Of a stretch of 64,000 nt of DNA, positions 38,861-52,122 are shown piece by piece. The DNA lies in assembly GCA_013239625.1 (NCBI GenBank), contig MU054187.1, positions 21,021,280 through 21,085,279 on the forward strand, read 5' to 3'. Position numbers and translations under genes: made by a program. The notes beneath the pieces were generated by a model. That model saw only the letters and a list, made by a program, of their open reading frames with translations. It did no database searches and was not told where the DNA came from. The first letter of the stretch is position 1; the number at the start of each line of letters is the position of its first letter. Source of the stretch: Lama guanicoe. Taxonomy: Eukaryota.

Positions 38861-39300
38861 TGTATTAATTTCTTGTTGCTGTTAGTGACTTAAAGCAGGA
38901 CAGATTTATGCTCTTACAGTTCCGGAGGTCAGAAGTCTAAAATCAAGTTGTCGGCAGGACTGTGCTATTTCTGTAGGCTTCAGGGCAGTACGTTTCCTTG
39001 CCTTTTTCATCTTCAAGCGGTTCCTTGCATTCCTTGGCTCGTGGCCCCTTTCTTGCATCAGTCCTTTCCCTTATTTCCATCTTTATTCTTCTACCACTAA
39101 TTTTGAATCTCTTGCTTGCCTCTTAAGGGCCCCTGGTGATGTATTTGGGACCCATCTGGATAATCCAGGGTAATTTCCTGTTCCACAATCCTACTTGATC
39201 TCATTTGCAAAGTCCCTTTTGCCATATAAAATAACACATTCCTAGGTTCCTGAGATTAGGACATGGACCTCTTGGGTCAGGGTCTTTTTTCAGCCTTTGG
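38861..39300 (-). mobile_element. MLT1 (B/C/D-like) MaLR LTR
   Basis: ctcttacagttccggaggtcagaagtctaaaatcaag...ggataatccagg...gcaaagtcccttttgccatataa...gattaggacatggac. Confidence 0.85.
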
Positions 39301-39959
39301 GTGAAGTTAAATAAGAGAAGGACCTAGAATGATTGGGCATGTGAGAGGATAAAGTCTACTGTTTCCTTGTAACTGTAACACTAAATTTATGACTCAATCA
39401 TAAATATACAGTAGTACTCTTCCATTTGCCTTGTAAAGCTTTCAACAGCAAAATATTTACATTAAATCTCAATAACTAATGTAACTCTGAAGTCTAGATT
39501 AAGAATTGCTCGCTGTCCAAGAACAATATGCCCAACTTTTCATGTAGAAAACATTAATTTAGAGATATTTTTTAAAAAGTCATTGAAAGGCAGGATATAG
39601 TATATCTACTTACTTTAAGCAGCAAAATATACCATGCCATACCATTTGTTTTCACTCCCCAAGTTTACATAACACAATATATTTATGTTCTTAGGGATTT
39701 GGAAATTTTCAAATGGAAGTATCACAAGAAACTCAGTAATCTCTTTTATTTCTGGATTTAACACCATAAACATGTTGAACACCATGCACGTGAAATAGTG
39801 GTGCATGAGGTTTCAAAGATCCTGACTTCATCTTTGCACTGTTCATGCTTCTTGGATATATTACTTCTCAGTTTTGAAATCATAGTACCCAGAGTTGTAC
39901 TGGTGCAGACTAAGTGATCCATATAATTTCTTGGGGGTAAACTTGGGTTGAGGTTTTAT

Positions 39960-40065
39960 AAATACATTAGATATATATATATATACACACACATACATTT
40001 ATTATACATATTTTATATATTATATATTATATATAAAATTTTTATACATAATATATATATTTAAA
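39960..40065. repeat. (TA)n-rich low-complexity tract
   Basis: Read directly. Confidence 0.85.
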
Positions 40066-41079
40066 TTAGGAAAGGAGTGATGTGTTTACTTCCAGGAGTG
40101 GTTAATCTGCATGAAAACAGATCTTTTAGGAGGAGAAAATAAGTCTGTTGTGATGGCGTGACATAAAAACATGGAGAGTAGTCAGACTGCTTTCTTCATT
40201 CACTTAGTTTATTTTCCAGCTTTCAGACTCTGAGCTACTGTGAGCCTGTGTTTTCACACTTTGATGGCATGGGGAGGAGGTGCATTATCACCAGGATGGA
40301 GGCCTTCGTGAGTGAGAAGTCGGCACTGATGGCTACACAGCACTTTCATTAGCACTGGAAAGGGTGTAAACATGCTCATAAGGACATGTTTCTTAGCCCG
40401 AGTCCTGGCTTACTTTCTCAGTGTTATTCTGGGTTGAAGACCCAACCTATGGTGGGAGATCTAAGTGGAGCAGTTTCTTAAAACCGCTCAGGACACTGGA
40501 ATGTCCTAAAAACCCCTGGAGAACTTCTAGATACATGAACAAACACACAGTTATTTAATTTTTTTTTTCCAATATGGATTAGTCATGTCAGTTTTGCTCT
40601 GTCTCTCTTAAACATCATCTTCTCTTGGAGAAAAAAGTGGGCTGGCATATTTCATATCTCCACACTTACCAAACATGAATATTTTTGAGTATATTTTTTT
40701 CCTCAAAAATGGCTAAAAAAATGTAGGCTTTTATAGCACATGGATGAGAAAATATAATGTTAGAAGCCAAATTTAACTCTACCTGGAGTGTCCTGTAATG
40801 CGTATGTACTACTGTTTAGCTTCACCACCCTGATGTTTGCTGTATCCTTTTATCCAGTATTATCTTCTTCAAACTCTAGTATATGAATTATCAAAGAGCT
40901 TTTAGAAGCTTGTCAGGACCTAGTCTATCCTAAAGATCCACCCTAAACTTTCTTTCTTTAATCTATCCCCCGAAAGTAGTAATTTCATATATATAATGTG
41001 TGTATATATATAAAATACATGATCGTATTGTGTATTATATATAATACAATTAAATATAATAATAATATTCATTTGTTTT

Positions 41080-41510
41080 AGATAATAATTTTACCCTTTC
41101 CTCCCACCTCCATCTGAAAGCATCCAGAGACTTCCCCATTTTACTTGAATGAAATCTGAATGCTGTTGAACCATGATCTATCCCCTGCCAATCCTTCCCA
41201 TTTTATCTCAATTCCACTCTTCTCTCTGTTCCCTGTTCTTCAGCCTTGGAGGTATCCTGTCAGTCCTCTGAGCATGCTAAGTTCTTTGCTGCCTCACAAT
41301 ATTTCTTCTCCTCGGAAATCTCTTCCCCTCGTCCTGTGTGTGTCTGTCTTCCTCTTATCCTTCAGCCCTTGTCTTAGGCAGTACATTTGCAGAGAGACCT
41401 TCCTCTCCTACGAATTTTATCTAGGCAGCTCCCCTCTGTTATCCTTCATCACTATAGTACTATGTAGCATATATGTACCATCTAGCGCTGAAAAATGTTA
41501 ATTATGTGTC
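41080..41510 (+). mobile_element. L2 fragment
   Basis: ccatgatctatcccctgcc...cctcttatccttcag...cagagagaccttcc. Confidence 0.6.
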
Positions 41511-42264
41511 TGTGTATTTGTTAAGTAGGTTTTAGCCCCTCTTTTTTTCAATAGAAAAATCCACTGGGAACAGAAAGGCAGCAGGAGGGTTGGGAAGTGG
41601 AATGGCTCCTAACTCAAAGGTTCATCCTTTGACTGCACAAAGACTCAACCACAGTTTTGCAAGGTCCTGTGTATTTATTTGTCTAGCCATTTTTATTGAG
41701 GTTTTGGTATTAATCAAAGGAGATTGCTGTTTTAAGGTTGAGGAGCAGACATCCATGCAAGAAGTATAAATAAAATATGTGAGGTCACCAAAATCAATTG
41801 ACTGTGTATATGGGCTTTATGACTGTATGGGCTAGACCAAAGACAGAATGGAAAATTATGGAATGTTCTGCTTTTTTTTTTTTTTTTTTGGAGAGGTGAG
41901 CCAAGAAAACCGTTGGAACTTGACAAAATGGAGCAGAGCATTCCACTAAATGTAAATTATGTGCTTCCCTCCTGCTTGGCATAGAAATTAGACACCTCTC
42001 CTCCCTGTTGTTTGATAGCATATTAATAAGATAATCCACATAGAAAAGGTGGTAAATTTCTAGTAACTAGAAGTGTAGCCAAATACAACTATCTCATTTA
42101 AAAGAAAGCTTAGAGAAGGGATTTAGAAAGAATTTGTGTCACTAAGATTAAGATGATGTGTAAATTTTGAATTAAAAATAAAGAGTTAACCTGAGTCTGC
42201 TATTGGCTGTTTTCCCTGGTCATTGTTGACCTGTTGCTTTTTCTCTTGACTTCAGTCACATTGC

Positions 42265-42672
42265 TGTAGGCAGAAGCATGCACTTGAACATCCATGTTAT
42301 CCTCCTGCTCTGTTTGTCAGCAGCACTTCCTAGAAAAAAGTCATACAAAGTAAAAGTAAATGCTCCCTCTCCTCAAAGATAATCTCATGAGGACACAAGC
42401 CATTTTCCCCCTCCCTCTTTGTTTGTGGGATCACACTATGGGGACATAATCCTGGAGAGGTAGCATTCATCTTGTGATGACCGTCATGGCATTAACCTGA
42501 GGAAGAAATTCCAACGTGAGATGCTGCAATTGATTAAAGGGGATCCTTGCATAATCACTGAATGAATCTTGGAACCAGACATCATTTTAGTGATCAGTTA
42601 CTGTTCTTATGATTGAGGCCACAGTTAGCTGGATTTCCTATTATCTGTAGCCAGAAGCATCCTTTACAGATT
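42265..42672 (+). mobile_element. Old MLT1 (J/K/L-like) LTR
   Basis: 3' end gctggatttcctattatctgtagccagaagcatcctttacagat. Confidence 0.5.
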
Positions 42673-44359
42673 TGTTACCTTTCCTATTACTAGGGCTTCT
42701 GGGCTTACCCAGGACAAGGGGGCAGAAGGCAGCATGTCTGAAGAACTCAGAGTTTCCTCAGAGGCGACTTGGAGCATATATGTTGTAGCGTAATTCTCAT
42801 GATTGGTGAAATGACTGAAACTCAGAAGTGAATACATATTCTAGTGGAATAATGAAAGAATGTTGGCTACATTTATTAAATGGAGGATTTCTTCTAGACC
42901 AGTTAAAGAATTAAAAAGAGGTTGCAGGATAGCAAGTTAAATCAACTAAAATAGGATGTCATTTTATAAAACACATTGTAATTTTGTTTTAAAGGCTAAA
43001 GAAAAGATAGAAAAAAATTAAGTAGATGGACATAGTTGATAAAGAATGCTTTAGAGAATTATTCCTGTATTTTAATAAAACGGGACTAAAAAAATATTGC
43101 AATGAGAAGCAGTCTTACTCAATGATAGGCATAAACTCTTTCCTTCCCCAGATTACCAGGTGTGAAAATATCTTATTTAGTAATACTGTTTTCTTCCAAT
43201 TTTCCATTATGTAAAAGGTTAGCTATTCTCAGAAAGTCAAGCAGTAATGCAGAAAATTGCTCTGTTTGAACGATTATTTCTTAGCTTCTGAAGTCATCTG
43301 TGATTCGGCATTAGAGAAATGTATAATGTTAGGCAATATAAAATTCATTTTTATTCTCTTATAACAGTGACATTGGTGTTTTGTTAAACAAGCCAGTTCA
43401 TTTCTGGCTAAATAATGAAAAGTTTAGGTTGCTTAGAAATATTTAAGGACCAGTTACGTACCTTTCAGTTTTTTCTTGTTTACAGATATTTTTGCACTCC
43501 ATAAGAGGATTGTTCAAGGAGAGCTCTGAGGGAGTATAGAGCGATTTTCAATGCAAAGGGTTCATGGATGATTAACAGTATTTAACCTTATCACAGTCAG
43601 GCTGGGCACTTCCTAGAAATTTTTGGATTAAAGGAGCCTATGAAGTCGTAAGATGGGAGAGGCATGGGTTCAAGCTCATTTGGCAGAGACCCTTCCTACC
43701 CAGTGATGGAAGATGTTTAGGGCCAAGGTCTTTCTTTCTAACTAGTGATTATTTTCCATTATCCTCAATACCTACTTTGAATTATATTAATTGTAGTGAA
43801 AGATATAATAATGTGGAAACCTAAAATTAGTGTCACTTCTAATGCTAAGAGTATATTCAACACAAGACCTGCTTGGGTGTCAGTATTTAAACTGAAATAT
43901 TTCAGTGAGTAGAAAGTTGAAGAGGGGACAGGAAAGGAGCAATGAGAGAAGAGAAATAGAATCGTATATAGTGTTAGGAAGAAAAATCTTAATAAGTTCA
44001 TTTTTTTTTTCATTTCAGCACATTAATTTAGCCTCCATGAGATTCTGGATATTATTTGAATTTCAGATATTGCTCTAATGCCTCTGAGGAGCTAGGAAAT
44101 TTGACCAAGCCTATCATACCTATGAAACTATACCAATACATTTCCAAGCTACTGTTAAAAAATATTCTTTTAAGAGTTCAAAGATTTAGAAAGTCTTTTG
44201 AGTATATCTATTCCAGAGAACAGATAGCATGTCTTGTGATTTAAGAGTTATCACAGGAACTAATAATGAAGTAATAATGCACACAGGGCTAATTGTTAGA
44301 TGACAGAAGTTGTTGCTAAGATCTACACTTCACCCCATGCTTTTAAGATGTGGGGACTA

Positions 44360-46345
44360 AACCTGAGGACAAGCCTACTAGTGGGAGACAGAGCATGAAT
44401 AAACAAAAATAAATCCTATAGTGCGATGGATGGTTACAAATGTTGTGGAGCATGGAAGGGGGATCAGGAGTGCTGGGATGGGGAGGTTACCATTTGAAAT
44501 AAGGTAGTGACTGAGAAGATGATATCTGATAAAATCCTGAAGGAAATGAGAGAAAGAATTATATGGATATCTAGGGGAGAGGATTCTAACCTCAGGGAAC
44601 AGCAAGTGCAAAGGCCCTGGGGTGAGAGCATATCAACATGTTAGAGTAATGGCAAAGAAGTTGGTGTGACTGATGGGGGGTAAGTAAGGGAGAACAGTCT
44701 GGGGAATGGGGTCAGACAGAATAATAGAAGCAATTGTGTGCAATCTTGAGGACCTTTTTATTTTACTGAGTGAATGTGGAAGTTCTTGGAGAGTTTTGAG
44801 TAGAAGAGTAACAGGATTTTTAAAAGGATACCTATGTGTGCTGAATTGATGGAAGCAGGGAACCATTGAGGAGGCTATTGCAATAATCAAAGTGAGAAAT
44901 GATGGTGGTTTAGACCACAGAGGTAGCATGGAGGTGGTGGCATATTATCAGATGCCAGATATACTTTGAAGGTTTCACTGGCAGGATTTGCTGATAATTG
45001 AATTTACAGTATGAGAGAAAGACTGAAGTCAAGGACGAATGAAATGTTTTTGATTTGCACAACTGAAAGGATGGACATGCCGTTGGATGGCACAACTTTG
45101 TGTTTTTTTCTGTCCATGTTAGCTTTTGTGCAAGCAGAAACAATGAGAGTGAGATGTATCTATGTTTGACCCTTTGCTATGTGAGTACAGTGAGGCAGGA
45201 ATGATGGTAAGGAATTGGGCATATATGTCAAAAGTTATCATTTTATGATGGGCCAAACAATCCAATCTGGTTAAATAAAAAGGCAAAGATGTGATGGGGA
45301 TGGGAGTAGGTGAGACTGGGTGGAGATTACATCACAGAAAAGAAGAGGTTAAGAAATTTTGAGGACAATTTATTGGGAAAATCATTGAAATTACTGACAG
45401 TTGTGAGTTAGAGCTGGAAAGAGTGACAGTAAACCAGGGTCTGATATCCACCAGGAAGGAGGGGAATTAACCAAGTGGTTGGTGGATTAATAAAATGATG
45501 AAGGGTCATGATGATTATGTGACAGTTAAAAGAAGGATTTTAGGAAGAATGGAAGGAAATGAATCAGAAGTTGCAAAGAAAAAAAGCTAAAAAAGCTATT
45601 TCGGTGGTCATGGGGGAGAAAACCCTAATTTAAAGGGCTGTAAGAGAAGCATTATCCTCGGGGACAGACAAGATTTAATTAGAGTAAGATGATGCTCAGA
45701 ATATTCAGGGAAGAATAAATATGGGTAAATAATTTTGCTGATAATTGAACATGAATTCTGGAAGATCACATGCTTTCAGGACTGGAGAGTGGTGGGTTAT
45801 GGTGTCAATCAGGGGGATGTAAGAAAGCTGTAAAAGATTTTTGTTGGGGTACAAAAATGACCTTGGATCCTCGGCTTCTTGTGATGACCGATGTGCAGGC
45901 AGTCTTCACTTGGCCCAGGTCCACGACTACTGAGATCAAATCATGTTACCATCAAATCTCAGTCACCAGGGGACTGTGCAAAGTGGGGACTCCTGGTATT
46001 CTGCAATGAAAGGAGTAAGGAAACTAATCCAGCTCCAATGGGCAGATACAGCCCACGGGCTGAGTCTCAAGCTGGAAGTCAGGCCAATATATACGTGGAG
46101 ACAGTGAGCTAATGTAGAGGGATATGTGGAGGGCACCAAGAATCTTGGTGACAGTGGTAGACCACAGAGGTAGGATTGAAGTGGTGGCAGATGATCAGAT
46201 ACCAGGTATACTTCAAAGGTTTCACTGGCAGGATTTGCTGATAATTGAATTTATGGCATGAGAGAAAGAGTGAAGTCAATGATGACTTAAATGTTTTGAT
46301 TTGCACAGCTGAAAGGATGGACATGCCATTAGATGGCACAACTTT
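44360..46345 (-). mobile_element. L2 LINE (L2a-like), fragmented, with an internal duplication
   Basis: gggaacagcaagtgcaaaggccctggggtg, gaggctattgcaataatc, gatatactttgaagg, ggatttgctgat. Confidence 0.8.
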
Positions 46346-46462
46346 AGAAACATCTAGGACCTTTAAAAAGTCTCCACACCTAGGCTACACCCTCAGGCAT
46401 CAGTGATTTTTAATATTCCCCAAGTTGACTCCAGTGGGCAGCTAAGTTTGAGGACCATCATG
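46346..46462. mobile_element. MER5-type DNA transposon fragment
   Basis: caggcatcagtgatttt...cccaagttgactccagtgggcagctaagtttgaggacca. Confidence 0.6.
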
Positions 46463-47040
46463 CTGCAGCATTATTTAATCCTGGGATACTCAAATCATTG
46501 AAGGCATCTGTCATGTCATCACTCCTGATTTTCTCTTCTGCCAGTTCTTATCTGTTCAGACTGTGACAGGACCTCATTTTTCAGTGGCTTAGTTTGCCAT
46601 GTGTTTAGTTTCAGAACGTTGCATTCATCAGTTACATTGGATTCTGCGTCTGTGGGAGATTTCTAATGTCACATTGTGCTCCTTTTGCATTTTAGTTGCA
46701 TATTATTTGTTCTATCTCATTTTATTGTCCCACTTGAAACCATAATTAGCCCACACAGATACTGGCCAGAAGAATGGGAACAGAAGCAAGATATTTTCAT
46801 TTTAAAATTTCTTTGCTTCCTTACCTAAAAATCTGTGTGTGTAGATTTGTGAAAGGAAAATTTTTCCTCTGATGTATTTTATTTGCCCATACTTATAATT
46901 TATTTAAGCAATTAGTATCATTGAACATTTAATATTTTTCTTTTTGCTATCATAAATTGTGATAAATAAATTAATAAAAATAACTTTAATTAAAAATATA
47001 ATGCATTAATAAATACAATAATGCATAGCTTTTTTAATGC

Positions 47041-47693
47041 TTTTAAACCAAAAATTGCACTGGACAAAGTTAAACAGGCAAGGCTGACTTTATTTAAACC
47101 TATCACAATAATGGAGAGAGACCAGAACTATATATATATAGTTGTGTATATGTATGTATATATATATACACTTTTTTTTTTAAATTGGATAGTCAGTTAC
47201 AATGTGTCAATTTCTGGTATACAGCATAAGAGGAAGACCAGAAGTGAATTCAACTCCAAGAAACAAAGGGCAGGAGGAATTTGAAATGTCATGGTGGGAG
47301 GGAGGCCAGAGGCAATCTATGTTTGCTAGTTGATTTTACTCAAAGGAAAAGTAAAATTTCTCTTACCTTTGTGGCAGGAGGTAGTTTTATAATTTGGAGC
47401 AAGGCACAGGCTCCTGCCTTCCCATGAAGCTGGGAAGTAGGGGTGCTGTCTCCTCTGATGGTGACATTTCTAAGGGATGGCTCCCGGGTCCTTGAGAAAG
47501 CTCTTCCTGAATTGTAAAGCTGGCAAGAGGCTTTTAAAAAAGATTTATATCTTAAAGGGCAGAGAGAAGATTTACAATTGCAAGTTTTCTAAAGTAAACG
47601 CTGTAAGAAAAGGGAAATGATGGCCTAGAGTCAGAAAGAAAAGTCTGTCTAAAGTTGTGTCAGGCAGAGAGAAAGTTGGGGTTGCTTTCTTCA
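47041..47693 (-). mobile_element. MER67-like ERV1 LTR
   Basis: tttacaattgcaagttttctaaagtaaa, ggcctagagtcag, gtctaaagtt; flanks atgc/atgt as a degenerate 4-bp TSD. Confidence 0.75.
47128..47234 (-). mobile_element. Short L1 3' end plus TA-rich tract inserted in the MER67-like LTR
   Basis: T-run then aaattggatagtcagttacaatgtgtcaatttctgg; agaccagaa duplicated at 47119-47127 and 47235-47243. Confidence 0.7.
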
Positions 47694-49249
47694 ATGTACG
47701 TCTCATATTAATTGTCAAGGAAGAGTTGTGAATTGCTAGGTGAGTGCAAGAGATGCTTTTAAACCTTACTTTGACTCCTATTAGAAAATCACCATCAGAA
47801 TGATTTCTTTCTGTAATTTGTTCTGCCACTCGTAGAGTTTGAGGGTTCCCATTTTGCTATATGTGTGCCAGTGTAGGTTTGGTAAAAGAGACTCTTTCTT
47901 TCCAGCTTTTATTTTATTCTGACTTTTTTGCAAGTGAAGAATGGATTATCATACTTGGAACTACCAGTGAGGTTGAACTTCAAAAATGTATCTATTATCC
48001 ATTTGCATTTTCTCATTGGGAATTGCCATGTTATGACATTTTAAAAAAATTCTTCTTTGATAGTATTTATATTGTTTTTAAAAGAAAACTATAGTGTTGT
48101 CCTGCTTAGGAGCTGATAAATGGGACAGAAGTCTGAAAAATGTACCAAGAGCAAACTACAGATCGAGGCATTTTTTTTCCCTATAAATTTCAAACCTCAG
48201 TTTTGACTAAATTCCTTAGTTTTGAATAAGAACAGCTGGAGTAAGAGAAGATGTCTAGTTTGAGATTATTGTGGCTTCAGGCCAAAGGAATTGCTATGTC
48301 TTAGGCTTAGTGAAATATTAGACACTGACATTTCTCTTCCATAGAAGACAGTCACTGCTTGTTGGAGGGAGAAAAAGAGAGGATAAATATTTTACAGGAA
48401 ACATTAAATGACAATCAAAACGAAGACTAAGGAAAGACAAACTTTCTTCTCTCCGGTTCCCCCCTCTTCCCCAGAAACAACCACCATCCACACCACATGT
48501 AAACAACAGGCATCATTTTTTCTTTGGTTCTCCAGATCAAGCATGACCACAAAGCTCTTGAATTTAGCCCGGTTTTTCTAAACCACTTTGGGTAGTACAG
48601 GATAGAAAGCAGTAACAAATTGATCATTAGAATATTATTGGTAGGATATTATTAAGTCACACAGGTATTCCCACTATTGGGACCTCTCACAGGCTGTCGT
48701 CAGACACTGATGTCCTCATCACCTCACCTTTTGTGATAATCGCTGAGATTCATGATCCTACCCTTTGAGAACTGAAACTTTCTTCACTATTTTCCTTCTT
48801 CTTCTTCTTTGTTTCTCCACATTTTATTAGCTGTCTATTTTTCTTGTTGCAGAAAGCCCTGACTTTTTATACCAAAAACAACTTGCAGTGTTGTTTTTCT
48901 GAGCAGTCATCTACCCTGGAGAAAAATTATGTGCCTCTCTCGGAAGGTGCATTGTATGTTTTCTCTCCTCCTTGCATAAGAAACTGCAGGATCTTTTTTC
49001 CTGCTCCACTCACTAGAAGAAAAAACGATACAGTTCTCTATATTCTACTTTTTAATTTATTTTGGTCCTTTTTGAAAAAATAGATACTTAGAAAATGTCA
49101 TTGGCATTTAAAAAGGGCTGAAAGATAATAAATTGACAAATTGACAATTTAGCATTATTGCAAATGGTGCTGAAGGAAATAAAAAGGAATTGTGATTAGA
49201 TAACCAGGTATTGAACTAAAGAATGAAGAATGAAAGATGTAGAAGACAG

Positions 49250-49405
49250 TTTTTTTTTATTTGAATTTTGTTTTTAATTGAAGCAGTCAGTTACAAGGTG
49301 TCAATTTCTGGTGTGCAGCACAATGTCCCAGTCATGCATATACATACATATATTTGCATTCATATTCTTTTTCATTAAAGGTTATTACAAGATATTGAAT
49401 ATAGC
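49250..49405 (-). mobile_element. Lineage-specific L1 3' end
   Basis: aattgaagcagtcagttacaaggtgtcaatttctggtgtgcagc...ggttattacaagatattgaatatag; same family as 7725 and 47128. Confidence 0.85.
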
Positions 49406-49696
49406 TGTTTGTTCATTTTTAAATCTATGACGGTTTTTTTTTAAGTGGCTGGATCTGATGGTGAATTTTAATGCATGAATTAGATTATGTTGTTCAGGAA
49501 TGCTTGCTTTTGGTATCCTGAATTTCATACGAGTCTATCAGTAGTATCCAGAGTGAAACTGACTTTTAAACTATTGGATGGGCAGGGACTTTACCAAATT
49601 CTACTAAAAGCTTGACTTAAATAAAAATTAGTAGTTCTGAAGATCATGCTGCCAATTCATTCTTCCAAAAGGTTCTCCTGTATTTTTCAAACTCTG

Positions 49697-50270
49697 CTGT
49701 CAAAACCTGGCTCCTGTGGAAAGCAGGGCGGACCACCCAAATGGGAACAAACGCAGGCCGCTTAGGCAGAGCTTGTTAAGTCACAATGGAGTCAGGCACC
49801 ATCACTTGTGTTTGGCAGAGACTCAAAGGCAGGCAGGAGTGGGAAAGCTGAAAGTAACAGAAAATCTGGGAAGTGTTAGTTTTTCTTTGATTGGAGGTTG
49901 TTGGTGCAGGAAGCTGGAGGGGGGCTGTCCAGAATGGGGGGCCCCTTTTGTGATTGGTTGGAGAGAATTTTTGACCCTTTCTGATTTGAAATGGGGCCAA
50001 AAATCCCAGAAGTGGGCGGTCAGCGACCTAAGTCCGGACCCTTCTGAGCTGCTTGCTAAAGAGGTTGTGGGTTGGAGTTCTTCCATCACATCTGGTCTGT
50101 CACTCCCCAGACAATACCAGCAGAACCTGCTGAAGACGAAGCTGAGTTTATTGCTTACTTGGGTCAGGGAGACTGCTGCCTCCAAAGCTTTGGCAGTGTC
50201 TTGGCATGAGGGAGTTAAAGTCAGAATCTGCAGAGAAGTTTGTTTATAAAGACAGTAAGGCGTGGCTTTG
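49697..50270 (-). mobile_element. Adjacent ERV1-class LTR relics (MER89-like, then MER90/MER110-like)
   Basis: caccatcacttgtgtttggcagagactcaaaggcaggcag; then ctgctgaagacgaagctgagtttatt. Confidence 0.55.
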
Positions 50271-50628
50271 GCTCTCAGTGTGGGAATAGATAGCCTTCTT
50301 TCTCTCTTCTCAGTTGGACTGTATCTTCTCTGCCTCCCTTAAGACACCAGTTGTCCTGCATTGAAGGTTGCCTTAATAGATGAAATAGCCATGTGAAATT
50401 CATCGTGGTGTTTTCACGGAGCAAGTTTTCAGAGCGGTGCATCATATTCCATCGTAGAGCGAATACTCTCTGTTCTCCCCAGATGTCTCTCAGAGGCGTC
50501 TAAGAATCCTTGGAGTTTGACCTTGTTTGGTCCTGTTGATGGTAGAAGGACACTTTCTCTGACCCAAATCAGTTAGCGAAGTTTATGTGTCTGAGCATGG
50601 TAACATGAACTATCCTTTCTTCTGCTAG

Positions 50629-50690
50629 TACCAGGAGACTCGGAGCTGATGGGGAGAAGTCACTGAGGAGGAGAAGCAGTGTTAGCTCTG
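50629..50690 (+). other. Candidate spliced exon (62 nt), unverified
   Basis: Polypyrimidine tract plus TAG acceptor, purine-rich body, CTG|GTGAGT donor; one of three frames is open. Confidence 0.25.
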
Positions 50691-52122
50691 GTGAGTAGCT
50701 GCGATGTAGGTTTTGTCCTCACTGAGCGGGGAGTGCGGGTGGCTCCAGAATGTCTGTGAAGTGGATGTTTTTGTGCAGTTGTGTTTGCATGAGGAGCATG
50801 CCCTCTTTTTTTACTGTATGTATCTTCCAAGTAACTTGCAGGTATATTACCCTCAAAACCATGATGGAGCATCTACAAGTGCCTGAATGGAGGTTTCCTG
50901 CAGAGATAGTAATTATTCAAGGCATGAAAATTTCCCTAATAATAAACCCAGATCAGAGTTCAAAGCAAAAAGATTCCCAAGCAACGAGAGTATTATCTTA
51001 GTGAACAATGCGTTTAATCCCACAGATATATCCCAGGATACATCTTTCCTGGGGCTGTGACATTTCTATCCTGCTCAGTGTATTCATCTTCTCCTTCCCT
51101 AGAAAAGGCCCCAGGCTCTTTATGTTAATTATTCAATCCAGTTTCCAGAGCTCAGCATGCAAAACTGTGGCTTGCTGAGTCACAAACAGTCCTGTTTTAC
51201 CCATTCCTTAGGGAAGGAGACATCCTTCTCTTGCATTTATTTGACTGAGAGGTACACCACTCAAAAAAATGTAGGAAAAATTAAATTGACGCCAAGCTTA
51301 CTTGGTTCTTCCTAAATTTAATTGGTAGTATCTCCTGCTTAAAAAAAAAATCAGTCAATCAAATCAGGTAATGAGGATCTGGTAGGGACACCCACACGCT
51401 ACTGGACGAATGAATAAGTAATGTCGACCAGCTATTTATTATACTTTGGTTTGTTGCTTCAAGAGACTTAGAAATGTTGGCATTGTTGCTTATGGAGTAG
51501 ATGTACACGTGGTAAGAGGGCTAAATGGGTAACAGTTGAATTGATCAGGGAAGAAGTTGCAAGACTGTGGAGTAGTGTTGTAAGATTAGAATTAAGAGAG
51601 TACAGGTGTTTCTTACTTTGGGTGGTAGTGTGAAACCATGAAAATGACCCTGCAGGCTAAAACTATGCAAAGTCATTTGATTATCCATGGGGGAAATGAT
51701 GATTGCTCTGTGACCTTTGCATTTTTGTTTATAACATCAAAAAACTGCCTTACTCTAAAGTATAAATGTGTAAGGAAATACCAGAAAATTTAAACTAGTA
51801 TTTAGTACACTGTAAGTTAAAATTATAGTGTTGTAGTATAAATATTAGAAATAGAAACATTGAGAATCGAAGTGTTTTATTTCTTTTACATAACTTATTA
51901 GTTATAGTTTGACTGGTACTTATCTGCATCTTTGCATCATCTAGTTTATGATCCTGAGTGAACATCTTTTCTCTGCCCTGGCAAGTTGTCACGTTACTTC
52001 CTAAGAGTGGATCAGAGTTCAGTAGTTTATCCATTGCACTTGCCATATCATAAAATACATCCGAAAGTTTCTTTAGTGGAAGCTGGAGTACCCTGTAAGG
52101 GGCCTTGACTATCCTGTCTAAG

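Noticed and set aside
44910..46339. Paralogous small ORFs (44910-45143 and 46109-46339)
   Set aside because: Translations of the duplicated L2 segment
49716..50249. Longest ORF (177 aa) and overlapping antisense ORFs
   Set aside because: GTG start, lies within LTR relics, no recognisable domain
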